Source: Candidatus Bathyarchaeota archaeon
GTDB lineage: Archaea; Thermoproteota; Bathyarchaeia; TCS64
DNA length: 64,000 bases
Assembly: GCA_963771885.1 (NCBI GenBank)
Contig: CAVYVF010000001.1
Location: forward strand, 1 to 64,000
Direction: 5' to 3'
Part shown: piece after piece, positions 53,362 to 63,224 of the stretch
Layout: each line of letters begins with the position of its first letter
How positions within the stretch are numbered: the first letter of the stretch is position 1
Made by a program: the position numbers and the translations under genes
Notes under the pieces: model-generated
Seen by the model: the letters and a program-made list of their open reading frames with translations, nothing else
What the model was told of the DNA's origin: nothing
Database searches by the model: none

Positions 53362-53721
53362 CTCTCGCAGATAAGTCCGATCTGAAAACACGGATTCACT
53401 CGGTTCCAACCATGCATACCTCCAACACTGATGGATTAGCAACTTGAGTAAGGGGTAGGTTATTTCGCCCCTTAGTAAATTGATATGAAAAAATCTTATA
53501 AAATGTTTATTGATGTGAAATATGTATCCGGAAAACTCAATCAGTATACTGCTCGCTTGCGCGACAGTGACGAAGACCGCGGCGACCAGCATCTCTACCA
53601 CAATCGAGGTGATGGGAAACCGGGAAACACCACCAATGCGTAAAGACCTCTATTTTCACTTCACAAAATAAGGTAAGAAGCTGACAAGCAGCTCCTAGTG
53701 ACCCGCGAGTGCGCTTCAGGC

Positions 53722-54714
53722 TTAGAGATTTAGGAGATTACGAGGATTCTTTTGGACCAGGGTTTTTATCGACTCTGAGCTTATCCCAAGGTCAAGTAGG
53801 CAGGCGATAAACTCTCTCATTCCCTCTACGGGTGGGGGTAATGTGTAGACCCCGAGATCTGAAGCGATTAAACAGTGGTCTTCGCCATATCGTCTAATAT
53901 GGTCTGCCACGTTCTTGATTGTGAACTTGGGGTAATTTCCAGGGATTGGATCAGAAGCATATTCAAGCTCTACATAATAGTCCGTCTTTCTAGTTCCCGT
54001 GCTGTGCGTGTAACCCGCAAGGGTATATTCTAAGTATGCACCATACTTGACCATCTCGTCGAGCTGCTCCAGCGTCGCCAGCTTCGGGATTGTGCTGCTT
54101 ACAACAACTTTGTTTATTCCATAATCCTTTGCCAGCTCACACAGCCTAACCGATTCCTCCGGTGAAACATGCCCTGTGATCATGTAGACATCTGGGTTTT
54201 CAGCAATAAGCTGCAGCACCTCGTCGATCTCGGGAGTCGGCTTCCCCCCGGGTATCCTTATGCTGCGGCCTAGTTCCTCCTCCTTGAACTTCGAGAATCT
54301 AACATGGCTAGGCATCCATTGACCATCTACATATTGGCCTTCTCTGCTCGTCATCCAATGTGTGCTATGTGTTCCGAAGGCTACGTACTTAGCACCGTCT
54401 CCGTAGTATAGTGCAGTTTTAACGGCGCGTGGGTTCACACCGTTGTAGACGGTATTTAGGTTGATTCCACCGAATGTCTTGATGCCGTCGACTACTCGGT
54501 TGACTATCCAGCTTGTGCCGTTGCTTGATTTGAAGACGTCCATGTAGACTATCGCAGCCATACCAGCCTCTTTTGCCTGAACCGCGGCCTGAAAGGGGTC
54601 GACGCTCCGGGGACTTGATTTTAGATGTGGCCCAGCGTGTACATGGATATCCACCGCGCCTCTAAGCAGCTCGCTGCTTAACTCGTAGCTTCTACCTTCT
54701 GGCAGCACGTTCAT
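53722..54714 (-). CDS. DUF6282-like amidohydrolase-superfamily protein
   Basis: AVDIHVHAGP, GGINLN, TGHVS, ASDLG. Confidence 0.82.
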   Translation of the reverse strand: MNVLPEGRSYELSSELLRGAVDIHVHAGPHLKSSPRSVDPFQAAVQAKEAGMAAIVYMDVFKSSNGTSWIVNRVVDGIKTFGGINLNTVYNGVNPRAVKTALYYGDGAKYVAFGTHSTHWMTSREGQYVDGQWMPSHVRFSKFKEEELGRSIRIPGGKPTPEIDEVLQLIAENPDVYMITGHVSPEESVRLCELAKDYGINKVVVSSTIPKLATLEQLDEMVKYGAYLEYTLAGYTHSTGTRKTDYYVELEYASDPIPGNYPKFTIKNVADHIRRYGEDHCLIASDLGVYTLPPPVEGMREFIACLLDLGISSESIKTLVQKNPRNLLNL

Positions 54715-55724
54715 CCCTCCAACCCGAGGAGCTTCTCGGGATTGATTTTCGCCATGTTCTTTATCTCACTCTGGGAAAATCCGAGGTCAAGAAGACACGC
54801 CATAAACTCCCTCAGCCCCTCCACGGGCTCTGGCAGGGTATAGACGCCGAAGTCGGTGCATATTATACAGTGCTCTGATCCTAGGCGTCTTATCTGGTCT
54901 GCGGCTTGCCTTACACCGCCGCTGGGTTCACTGCTCATGCCCTCATCTATACTTGCGTACTCTTTCTCCACGTAGTAGTGGGTCTTTGGGATGGTTGTTG
55001 TGTGGGTGTAGGCTGCGAAGGTGTATTCTATGTAGGCGCTTCGAGACATTTCCCTGAGTTGTTCTTCAGTTGCTTCCTTGGTCACGGCGCTTGAGACCAC
55101 CATTTTTTCTATTCCGTATTCTCTACCAAGTTCAACGAGTTTCATCGCCTCAGGGACCGATGTGTGACCGGTGATCAGGTATACGTCGGGGTTAGCTGTG
55201 ATTAACTCCAATATCTCATCTACGCGCCGGTCTCGGCTGCCATCAATAGGTATTTGGATCGTATTCTTTAGTTCGTCTTTGAATCCTGGGTAAATTTCGC
55301 TGAGTGGTGTGAATCGGCCTTCAATTAATCTGCCCTCCCGCGAGGCCTGGTAATACGTGGAGTGTGCGCCGAAGCTGACATATTTTGCACCTTCGCCGTA
55401 GCTAAGGGCGGTTTTTACGGCTCTTGGGTTGATGCCACCGTAGACGGTGTTTAGGATGATGCCGCCGAAGGTTTTGAAGTTAGGCACAGCCCTGTTGACG
55501 AGCCAAGCCGTTCCATTGCTCATCTCAAAGACATCCATGAAGACTATGGCGCGCATCCCAGCGTCTCTCGCCTGGATAGCCGCTTCTACGGGATCTATCC
55601 TTCGGGGACTGCTGAAGATATGGGGCCCAGCGTGCACGTGGATATCGATTGCGCCTCTAAGTAGTTCCCTGCTAAGTGCGAGGGTTCGGCCTTCAGGTAA
55701 CATAGAGTAAAACTGACTGCCCAC
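54711..55724 (-). CDS. DUF6282-like amidohydrolase-superfamily protein, tandem paralogue
   Basis: AIDIHVHAGP, GGIILN, TGHTS, CTDFG; ATGA overlap with the downstream copy. Confidence 0.82.
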   Translation of the reverse strand: MGSQFYSMLPEGRTLALSRELLRGAIDIHVHAGPHIFSSPRRIDPVEAAIQARDAGMRAIVFMDVFEMSNGTAWLVNRAVPNFKTFGGIILNTVYGGINPRAVKTALSYGEGAKYVSFGAHSTYYQASREGRLIEGRFTPLSEIYPGFKDELKNTIQIPIDGSRDRRVDEILELITANPDVYLITGHTSVPEAMKLVELGREYGIEKMVVSSAVTKEATEEQLREMSRSAYIEYTFAAYTHTTTIPKTHYYVEKEYASIDEGMSSEPSGGVRQAADQIRRLGSEHCIICTDFGVYTLPEPVEGLREFMACLLDLGFSQSEIKNMAKINPEKLLGLEG

Positions 55725-55785
55725 GGGATAAACCTACTACTTCTTTCTCGTATGAGAAGAGCTCTCCGAGGAAGCGGGTGTAGCA

Positions 55786-56922
55786 TTAGTCAACAATTGT
55801 TAGGTCTTTATGGAATTTTGTGAAGGGCTCTCCCCCTCTTTTCGTGACAAGGACGACGTCCTCGACCCGTGCGCTCCAGCTCTGAGGCAGCAATATACTC
55901 GGCTCAACGGTGAATGTCATGCCTTCTCTCAGTACGGTGTCGTCGGGTATGTAGAGGAAGGGTGGCTCATGAACGGTAACGCCGATGCCGTGGCCGAGCC
56001 TGTGCATGAAGTAGTCGCCGTAGCCAGCCTTCTCTATGATGATTCTCGCCTCATTATCTAGTTCCTGTGCTGTGATCGACCCGTCTACCATCTTTTCTAT
56101 GCCTTTCGCCTGGCTCTCCATCACTATGGCGTGTATCTTTTCAACCTCAGTTGGAGGATTACCGCAGAAGGCGGTTCTTCCGAAGTCGTTGGCGTAGCCT
56201 TCTAGTAGGCAGCCAAAGTCAAAGCTAACGGTGTCGCCTTTCTCCAGCTTTCTTTTATGTGGTGGAGCAAGTCCACTTGGCTTCTTCGGGCTTCTGAATC
56301 TCGCCGCAGTTACGAAGCTGTTCTGTTCCGCGCCGTAAGCAGCATAGAGACGGTCTATCTCCTTCTCAACTCCCGCTTCGGTGACCCCACTCCTAAGATA
56401 CTCAAGTGTCTCTGCGTATACCTTGTCTGTGAGCCTAGCTGCGGCTTTCATAGCCTCTATCTCTTCAGCATCCTTGATCATTCTCATCTCGAAGATGACG
56501 GGTCCGGCGAGGCTGAGTTCAACGTTTGGTATGTTTCGCTTGATTGTGTCTATTGTCTGCGCCCACGCGCGGTCATCGACCATGACTTGGCGGGGATTAT
56601 GTCTCCTCAGAACCTCTTTCTGAACATCAGCGGGGTTCCTATGCTCATCGAAGATCAATACTTCAGTAACGTATGGTTTTCCATCGGCCTCAGCCCTCCA
56701 CCCCGAGCCACCCATTCTGGGTCCAACTAGGGTGAGTTTATCCTGCGTAAGATAAGCGCCGCAGACGTAGTCGCCATAAGCGTTGTGGTCCGTGAGTTCG
56801 GCTCCTCTGCGCCTTACACCGGTAAGGTACCAGAGGTTGGCGCCCCTGGTCAGGTATAGGAGATCAACTCCACGTCTCGTCATCTCTTGGCGGATCCTTC
56901 TGAGTCGCCCTGCATAATCCAT
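55786..56922 (-). CDS. Xaa-Pro peptidase, M24 family
   Basis: FDFG...YANDFGRT, HRLGHGIG..VHEPP, TVEPS, RVEDVVLV. Confidence 0.93.
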   Translation of the reverse strand: MDYAGRLRRIRQEMTRRGVDLLYLTRGANLWYLTGVRRRGAELTDHNAYGDYVCGAYLTQDKLTLVGPRMGGSGWRAEADGKPYVTEVLIFDEHRNPADVQKEVLRRHNPRQVMVDDRAWAQTIDTIKRNIPNVELSLAGPVIFEMRMIKDAEEIEAMKAAARLTDKVYAETLEYLRSGVTEAGVEKEIDRLYAAYGAEQNSFVTAARFRSPKKPSGLAPPHKRKLEKGDTVSFDFGCLLEGYANDFGRTAFCGNPPTEVEKIHAIVMESQAKGIEKMVDGSITAQELDNEARIIIEKAGYGDYFMHRLGHGIGVTVHEPPFLYIPDDTVLREGMTFTVEPSILLPQSWSARVEDVVLVTKRGGEPFTKFHKDLTIVD

Positions 56923-57085
56923 GCAATTTTTGAAGTATGGTAACGTTTAGCGTTTATCCCATAGCACCTGGAAATATACGTATTTTAGTATCAGCATAGA
57001 TGCTTCATACACAGTTTTTGTACATTGGTGCTCATTCCTTAAGAAGCATAAAGAAAATTATACTCGCGTTGGGCTATGTAATTCT

Positions 57086-58489
57086 ATGAGTGAGCTCCGC
57101 GTAGCCCAGTCAAGCGTCGTCTTAGGTGATCCCCATATTTGTAGCGACTCAAGAACGAGGCTTAGTCTCCAAGCCGCCATCTATGAACCATTGGTTGGCC
57201 GTATAGGGCCAGGTCGATTCACTCCTCAGCTTGCAGAAGCGTGGGAAACTCGGGATGGGCGAGTTTGGGAGTTTCTTCTACGAGATGAGATAAAAGCGCA
57301 CAACGGTGCCTCATTCGAGGCGGATGACGCTGTCGCCAACTTGATGAGCATCATCGATCCAAAGGTTGGAGGGGCATTCGGAACCGAGGGCGTCTACGCA
57401 AGCTATCTTGGTAAAGCTGCCTTCACCGCAGTGGGGCGGCTTCGACTAAAAATTTCCCTCCCTGAGCCAATGGCTGATTTACTGGAGCTACTGGTGGAGA
57501 TGCCGATGCTGCCGGAGAATGTGATGGATGATCTGCCTGACACACACGTCGGGACTGGAAGATATTTGATCAGAGACGTGAGCAAAGAGAACGTAATCCT
57601 TGAGCGCAACCCCTACTATTGGGGCTCCAAACCAAAATATGAAAAACTACACTGGGCGGGTATCGGTGGGGAAGCGGATAGACTGAGTCTCGTTAAGAAG
57701 GGGGAGGCCGACATCGCTTCGGGTCTCAGCAGGAGGGGGATAAAGGAAGCTCATCGAATTGGGGTAAGTACAGTTTCTCAGCCAGGTTATCTATCAGTGA
57801 TCTTCATGTTCAACTGCGCATCTGAGCCCTTTAGCAACGTGAAAATTCGCCGAGCCCTCAACTATGCCACTGACGTTGGGGAGATCATCAGGGATGTGAT
57901 GCATGGATCGGCGGACGGCCTGAACGGGCCATTTACGCCCCACCATTTTGGATACAACTCCGAAACAAGACCATACACCTACGACCCTGCAGAAACGAAG
58001 AGACTGCTCCGCGAAGCTGAGCGATCCGACCTCTCCGTAACAATGGATGTGCCAAGCGTCATGCCGGATGAATCCGTCGAGCTATCACGGGTAATTGCGA
58101 AGCAGTGGGGGGAAGTCGGGGTCAGCGTGACGACGAGGGTGCATGAGCACCGTGAACAGTACAGCCACATGGTTCGTGACAAAAAAATTGGTGATATTTG
58201 CTGCTTCGACTCAAGCCCGATGAGTTCATTCAGGGTGCTTAGGGAAAAGATCCACGGCGGGTTGAAGGGTCCCTGGTGGGAGGGCTACGAGAACCCGCGT
58301 GTGGACTCCCTAATAGATGAGGCCCAAGCAACGGTGAACGATGAGGCTAGGAGAAAAATCTATAGAAACGCGTACCAAATGATACGAGACGACGCGCCGT
58401 GGGTTTTCCTCTACAGCCCTCGACTACATTTTGCTTTGAAGGGTGTGGATTGGAAGCCAAGCTGGGAGGGAGTAGTTAGAATCGAATGA
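57086..58489 (+). CDS. Family-5 (peptide/nickel) ABC substrate-binding protein lacking signal peptide and anchor
   Basis: IYEPLV...PQLAEAWE...FLLRD...HNG, GTGRY, LERNPYYWG, VKIRRALNYA, DDAPWVFL. Confidence 0.85.
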   Translation: MSELRVAQSSVVLGDPHICSDSRTRLSLQAAIYEPLVGRIGPGRFTPQLAEAWETRDGRVWEFLLRDEIKAHNGASFEADDAVANLMSIIDPKVGGAFGTEGVYASYLGKAAFTAVGRLRLKISLPEPMADLLELLVEMPMLPENVMDDLPDTHVGTGRYLIRDVSKENVILERNPYYWGSKPKYEKLHWAGIGGEADRLSLVKKGEADIASGLSRRGIKEAHRIGVSTVSQPGYLSVIFMFNCASEPFSNVKIRRALNYATDVGEIIRDVMHGSADGLNGPFTPHHFGYNSETRPYTYDPAETKRLLREAERSDLSVTMDVPSVMPDESVELSRVIAKQWGEVGVSVTTRVHEHREQYSHMVRDKKIGDICCFDSSPMSSFRVLREKIHGGLKGPWWEGYENPRVDSLIDEAQATVNDEARRKIYRNAYQMIRDDAPWVFLYSPRLHFALKGVDWKPSWEGVVRIE

Positions 58490-58644
58490 TTCTTTTCTAG
58501 TGCCGCGCGTCTTCGCCAATACCCACCTTATTCCCCATCTAACGTACGTGACGCATGCCGATGTGAAATCCGGAAGATTACATGTAAAAAAGGGGATAGG
58601 CTTGTCGTTCCACAAGTTAAGAAAAAGGGAGAGGGAGACTCAGA

Positions 58645-58842
58645 CTAGTCGGGGGTTTTCCTGATCACACGCAAGACCCTGTTAGCGTTATTCACGCCTC
58701 TGCGGTCACCTCGAGAGAGGTATCTAATATATTGCCTCCAAAGTATCTCGTCTCGGTTAACCGCATACCTGCTCTCGAGCAGTTCCTCAGGAAACCCAGC
58801 CGTCCTCCCTGGGTTTATTGGCTCTTCGAGTTCAGCTATCAT
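58645..58842 (-). CDS. Small hypothetical protein
   Basis: 65-aa ATG ORF in an otherwise empty gap. Confidence 0.4.
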   Translation of the reverse strand: MIAELEEPINPGRTAGFPEELLESRYAVNRDEILWRQYIRYLSRGDRRGVNNANRVLRVIRKTPD

Positions 58843-59211
58843 ATAATTTCAACTTCTTTAGGTCTGAAGGTTCTCCCTTCAGCATTTATTTCAGAATTAA
58901 TTAACCAATATAAAGGAAACGGACAATTATTTCTAACTCCTCGTAATGCCCTCAAACATCGATATGGTCAGTTATGCTGACCTCGCGGACAGGTAGTCAA
59001 GCGCGCGTTAGGCAGTTTGGTTTCCTCTCAGCAGACCTGTACATTCGCTGGAGTGATGAGAGAGAAGCCCCATGGCAACGCCTCCGCCTAGCCGAGATCC
59101 AGAGGGGGCTAATTTGCCGGAACATCGCGTAAACATGCGAGACGCGCAACGGATCCGTGGGATTCACCTTACTTACTCATCTTTTATCCCCCTGACTCCC
59201 AGTGCTAAGCA

Positions 59212-60330
59212 ATGTCTGACTCGAAAACGAAGCCGAGGGCGAGAGACCTGGGCATCCCGCTCCAAGGTAGAACGGGGAAATACAACGCCATAACTGACGT
59301 TCAAGGCGTAACTGTGGGCCACGAAACCATCATCGCCGGCGAAGGCAAGCTCGAGGTAGGCATAGGCCCCATAAGAACAGGCGTAACAGCCATACTCCCC
59401 AGAGCCGACCACAGCGACCCCGTCTTCGCCGCCTGGTCCTGCCTGAACGGAAACGGCGAGATGACGGGAACCACATGGGTGGATGAATCAGGCTTCCTTA
59501 GCGGCCCCATATTGATAACAAACACCCACAGTGTCGGAGTCGTCCACGACTCGGTCATTGAGTGGTCGCAGAGAACCCGAAAATCTAGGGTCGGCAACCC
59601 CTGGTCTCTGCCAGTAGTAGCCGAAACCTACGACGGCTTCCTGAACGACATAAACGGCTTCCACGTCCGAAGGGACCACGTTTTCAAAGCCCTCAACAAC
59701 GCCTCTGGAGGCCCAGTTGAGGAGGGAAACGTCGGCGGCGGTACGGGTATGATCTGCCACAAGTTCAAGGGGGGAATCGGCACATCATCACGAACTCTAC
59801 GCTTGGCAGACTCAGACTATGTGGTTGGGGCGCTAGTTCAGGCAAACTACGGGCTCCGTGAGCAACTAACAATCTCAGGAGTCCCAGTAGGCCAAGAGAT
59901 CCCCGACCTCTTGCCCGTGGAGAATGGGCAAACACCTCGAGACGGCGAACAGGGATCCATCATAGTAGTGATTGCCACCGACGCGCCTCTTCTCCCACAC
60001 CAGCTTCGCAGGCTAGCCAAGCGCGCGCCAATGGGCATCGCGAGGGTCGGGGGAATTGGCGGCAACGGTTCCGGCGACATATTTGTCGCGTTCTCCACCG
60101 CAAATCCACACGTGATGAGTGATAAGGAGGTGAAGACAGTTCAGATGCTCCCTAACGAGTTGATGACTGACCTCTTCCAGGCTACAGTCCAGGTAGTGGA
60201 GGAAGCTATCTTGAACGCCCTCGTCGCCGCGAGAACAATGACGGGCATAGATGGCAACACGGTCTACGCGATTCCCCATGAGCGACTCAGAGAAGTGCTT
60301 AGAAAATTCAATCGTCTAGCCAAAGAATAG
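59212..60330 (+). CDS. dmpA: DmpA / P1 (S58) family aminopeptidase
   Basis: RARDLGI, NAITDV, NGNGEMTG, EEGNVGGGTGM, GSIIVVIATDAPL (autoprocessing G|S), GSGDIF. Confidence 0.93.
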   Translation: MSDSKTKPRARDLGIPLQGRTGKYNAITDVQGVTVGHETIIAGEGKLEVGIGPIRTGVTAILPRADHSDPVFAAWSCLNGNGEMTGTTWVDESGFLSGPILITNTHSVGVVHDSVIEWSQRTRKSRVGNPWSLPVVAETYDGFLNDINGFHVRRDHVFKALNNASGGPVEEGNVGGGTGMICHKFKGGIGTSSRTLRLADSDYVVGALVQANYGLREQLTISGVPVGQEIPDLLPVENGQTPRDGEQGSIIVVIATDAPLLPHQLRRLAKRAPMGIARVGGIGGNGSGDIFVAFSTANPHVMSDKEVKTVQMLPNELMTDLFQATVQVVEEAILNALVAARTMTGIDGNTVYAIPHERLREVLRKFNRLAKE

Positions 60331-60397
60331 ATACGAATCTACCAAGCCTCAGCGCGCGCAGGTGACTGACATTAGTTTTATTAAAAAATGGAGTAAA

Positions 60398-63135
60398 TTA
60401 CAAGTGGTGAGAATTTTTCCAATCCATCGTTTTACGAGTCGTCACGAGAGTTGTTAGACATATCGTTGTGATAATGAATCCCCCTGCTGAGGCAGTCATA
60501 ATAGATCCCGAATATAGTGTCTCTGCTATTACCATCGTTACTATACTACCCAACCAGAAGAACAAGGCTAATTGTATTGACTTAGTTGATGGTTTAACAT
60601 TTATTTTACGATTCAATAAAAGTAGGAGTGGTAGAATATATATTAAAGTGAAAAGGAAACTAGCGCTAAAACCGGCACAGATTATCCCAATCTCAGGATT
60701 CGAACTGAGTAAGTTGAAAGTTTGTTCGCTAATAAGCAGAATTCCGATAAGAGGATATAAAGCGACTTTCAAAGATCCCCTCATGATCTCATTATTGCGG
60801 ATGGTTGAGGCAATTGATGGACTGAAACCGTAGTAGAAAGAATAGAAAGCTGCCATAAAATTGCTCCCGGCAAATGTGCTTAGGACAGTATTATCCCTGA
60901 ATCCCCTGAGAAACTGAACATCTGGGCTGAGTTCGGATATATAGGTGGCTACTTGGATGAAGCAATTGGAAGAGGAACCGGGTGAAGTAGCCTTGACCTT
61001 GAACGAGTTGCTGACACCAGTCTTACCGCCTCCATTTGTTGTTATGGTTACGGCATCGGCTATCGTACCAAACCTTACTTTGATTTTGCCGACACCATCA
61101 GAAATTGCCAAACTCGTTGGTTCAATGGGTATTGGAGTAGACGATAATGTGTTTGTACCTTGATAGTTGGTAATTGTGTAATTATGAGAATCTACCGCTG
61201 TTATATATATTTCAAAATATACCCCTACCTCTTGCTCAGGTATCTCATCAACGAATATTCCATCCGAAAATTGGATTTTAAAATGATCTAATGAACCGAG
61301 AGGATAGTCTAAAACATCGAATGTATTACTAGTGCCATATTCATTTCCTTGCGATCTTACTGTTTTCAAATATTGAGAATGTCCAAGCATGCCTAAAGTA
61401 ACTGAACCTTCCCAGATGCCTGATTCAAAGGTAATGCTTCTTGGTGACAACGGATCAAGTAATTCAAGGGTATTACTGAATAACTTCAAGCTATTAACTT
61501 CAGAGTAACTCTCCACTAGCTGGTCTGATGCATCAACTGCAGTAATTTTAACACGGAATGGTGAATTCTTCACGACTGAAGAACTAATTAAGTCAAAATT
61601 GAAGTGATGTAAAACTCTGGGAGACTCATCCTTGAGAGTAATAATTATAGAATTAACCGAACTTTCATCTATGAGGACATTCTCTAGGTCTGCAATTTCG
61701 TTGCCTTTTTGTGCCTGTATCTTATAGATGCCGAGAATAAGCTCATCAAAAAGAACTGTGCCGCTTATCGGTGTTATTTGTTCTTCAGGTATTGATTGTC
61801 CGGGAGGGCACTCTGTTATTCGTACAGTCGCTCCCTCAATTGCATCTCCACTAAGCTCAATAACTTTTACCTCTAAGCTCCTAGTCTCAGCAATTATTAG
61901 CGTGGTTCTTGTAACCTGACCTGCTGAAACCTCTGTTGATTGGCTTACTAGGACTTGTCCATCCCTAGATGTTTCAAGGGTATAGACACCAGGTCTTACC
62001 CCTTGAACTCAGCGATGCCATTCTCATCGGTAGTTCCCTGGAGTGGCGTCTGTCCCTCAGGCTGACTTGTCGAGATGATATCTGCAGTACTTAGAGGCTC
62101 TCCTCGATTGTCGGTACATGCAGCTACTAAGGTTCCCGTAGTTGGTATGAACTTCTGGATTCTCCCATTACCAGTATCCGCTATATAGAATGTTCCCCCT
62201 TTATCCACTGCGACTCCACGAGGATCGTTAAATTTGCCGTTTCCAGACCCTTGACCGCCCCACACATCAGTCAACGTACCGTTGACATCGAATCTCTGGA
62301 TGCGACTATTATCGGAGTCAGCTATGTAGACATTGCTGAATATATCTACGGCAACATCCTCGGGATCAATAACCTGGCCTTCATTGTCACCATAACTTGC
62401 TAAAAAATATTCAAAGGTCCCATTACTGTTGAATTTCTGGACCCTATTGTTCTCTTCATCCCCAACATAGATGTTACCTTCGCCATCTACTGCCACACTT
62501 TCGGGACAATTAAACTGGCCAGGTGCAACTCCATAAGATCCGAACTTAAATATGAAAGTCCCATTAGGATAGAACTTCTGGATTCGGTGGTTCTCTCTAT
62601 CCGCGACATAGACGTTGCCATAATTATCAACAGCGATCCCCGCCGGATTTATGAACTGGCCCGGCCCAGAGCCAAAGCTTCCACTAATCCCTATGAAGGT
62701 TCCGCTAAGGTCGAATCGCTGTACGCGATGATTGTTACAATCTGTTACATATACTAATTTACGCTCACTATCTACGGCGATTCCCTCAGGATCGTTGAAT
62801 TGCCCAGATCCTGTACCGGAGCCGCCCCAAGTTTTTAAAAGCGTTCCATTCGAATCATATTTATCAATCCGATTTGTGTTTCGTCCCGCGACGTACACGT
62901 TACCAAACTCATCCACATCAATAAAGTATGGATCCGGGTTCCCCCACTGAAGCTTATACTGGTAATTGCTGTCTGACACAGCGTTAACGAAACCCGGCGC
63001 AAACGCTTGTCCAACAATAATAAAAACGAGATAAACCAATAGAATCATGTGCCTATTGCCCTGATTGTAGAGCATAAACAACATCACTATACTTCCAAGG
63101 AACAGTAAGATATTTAAAATAATGGCTATAACCAA
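60398..63135 (-). CDS. Large surface protein: NHL beta-propeller, transthyretin-like and Ig-like repeats, CFI-box-CTERM; frameshift in a G-run near 62000
   Basis: About six NHL repeats (GQFxxPxGIAVD..GNVYVAD..NHRIQKF); FKG|VRPGVYTL joins in frame to ORF 61573; CFIQVATYISELSPDVQFLRGFRD...FYYGFSP plus TMs. True start probably 63048-63075. Confidence 0.85.
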
Positions 63136-63224
63136 CCGAGTTAACTGCGCTTGCGAAAAATGGAAGATATGTATTCTGAAACCGCATCACTTAAACAAGG
63201 TCAAACAAATCAAACCTTAGAGAA

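Noticed and set aside
123..60360. (CG)n tracts as MITE or REP-type mobile repeats
   Set aside because: Flanks share no extended similarity, terminal inverted repeats or target duplications; only the short alternating core recurs.
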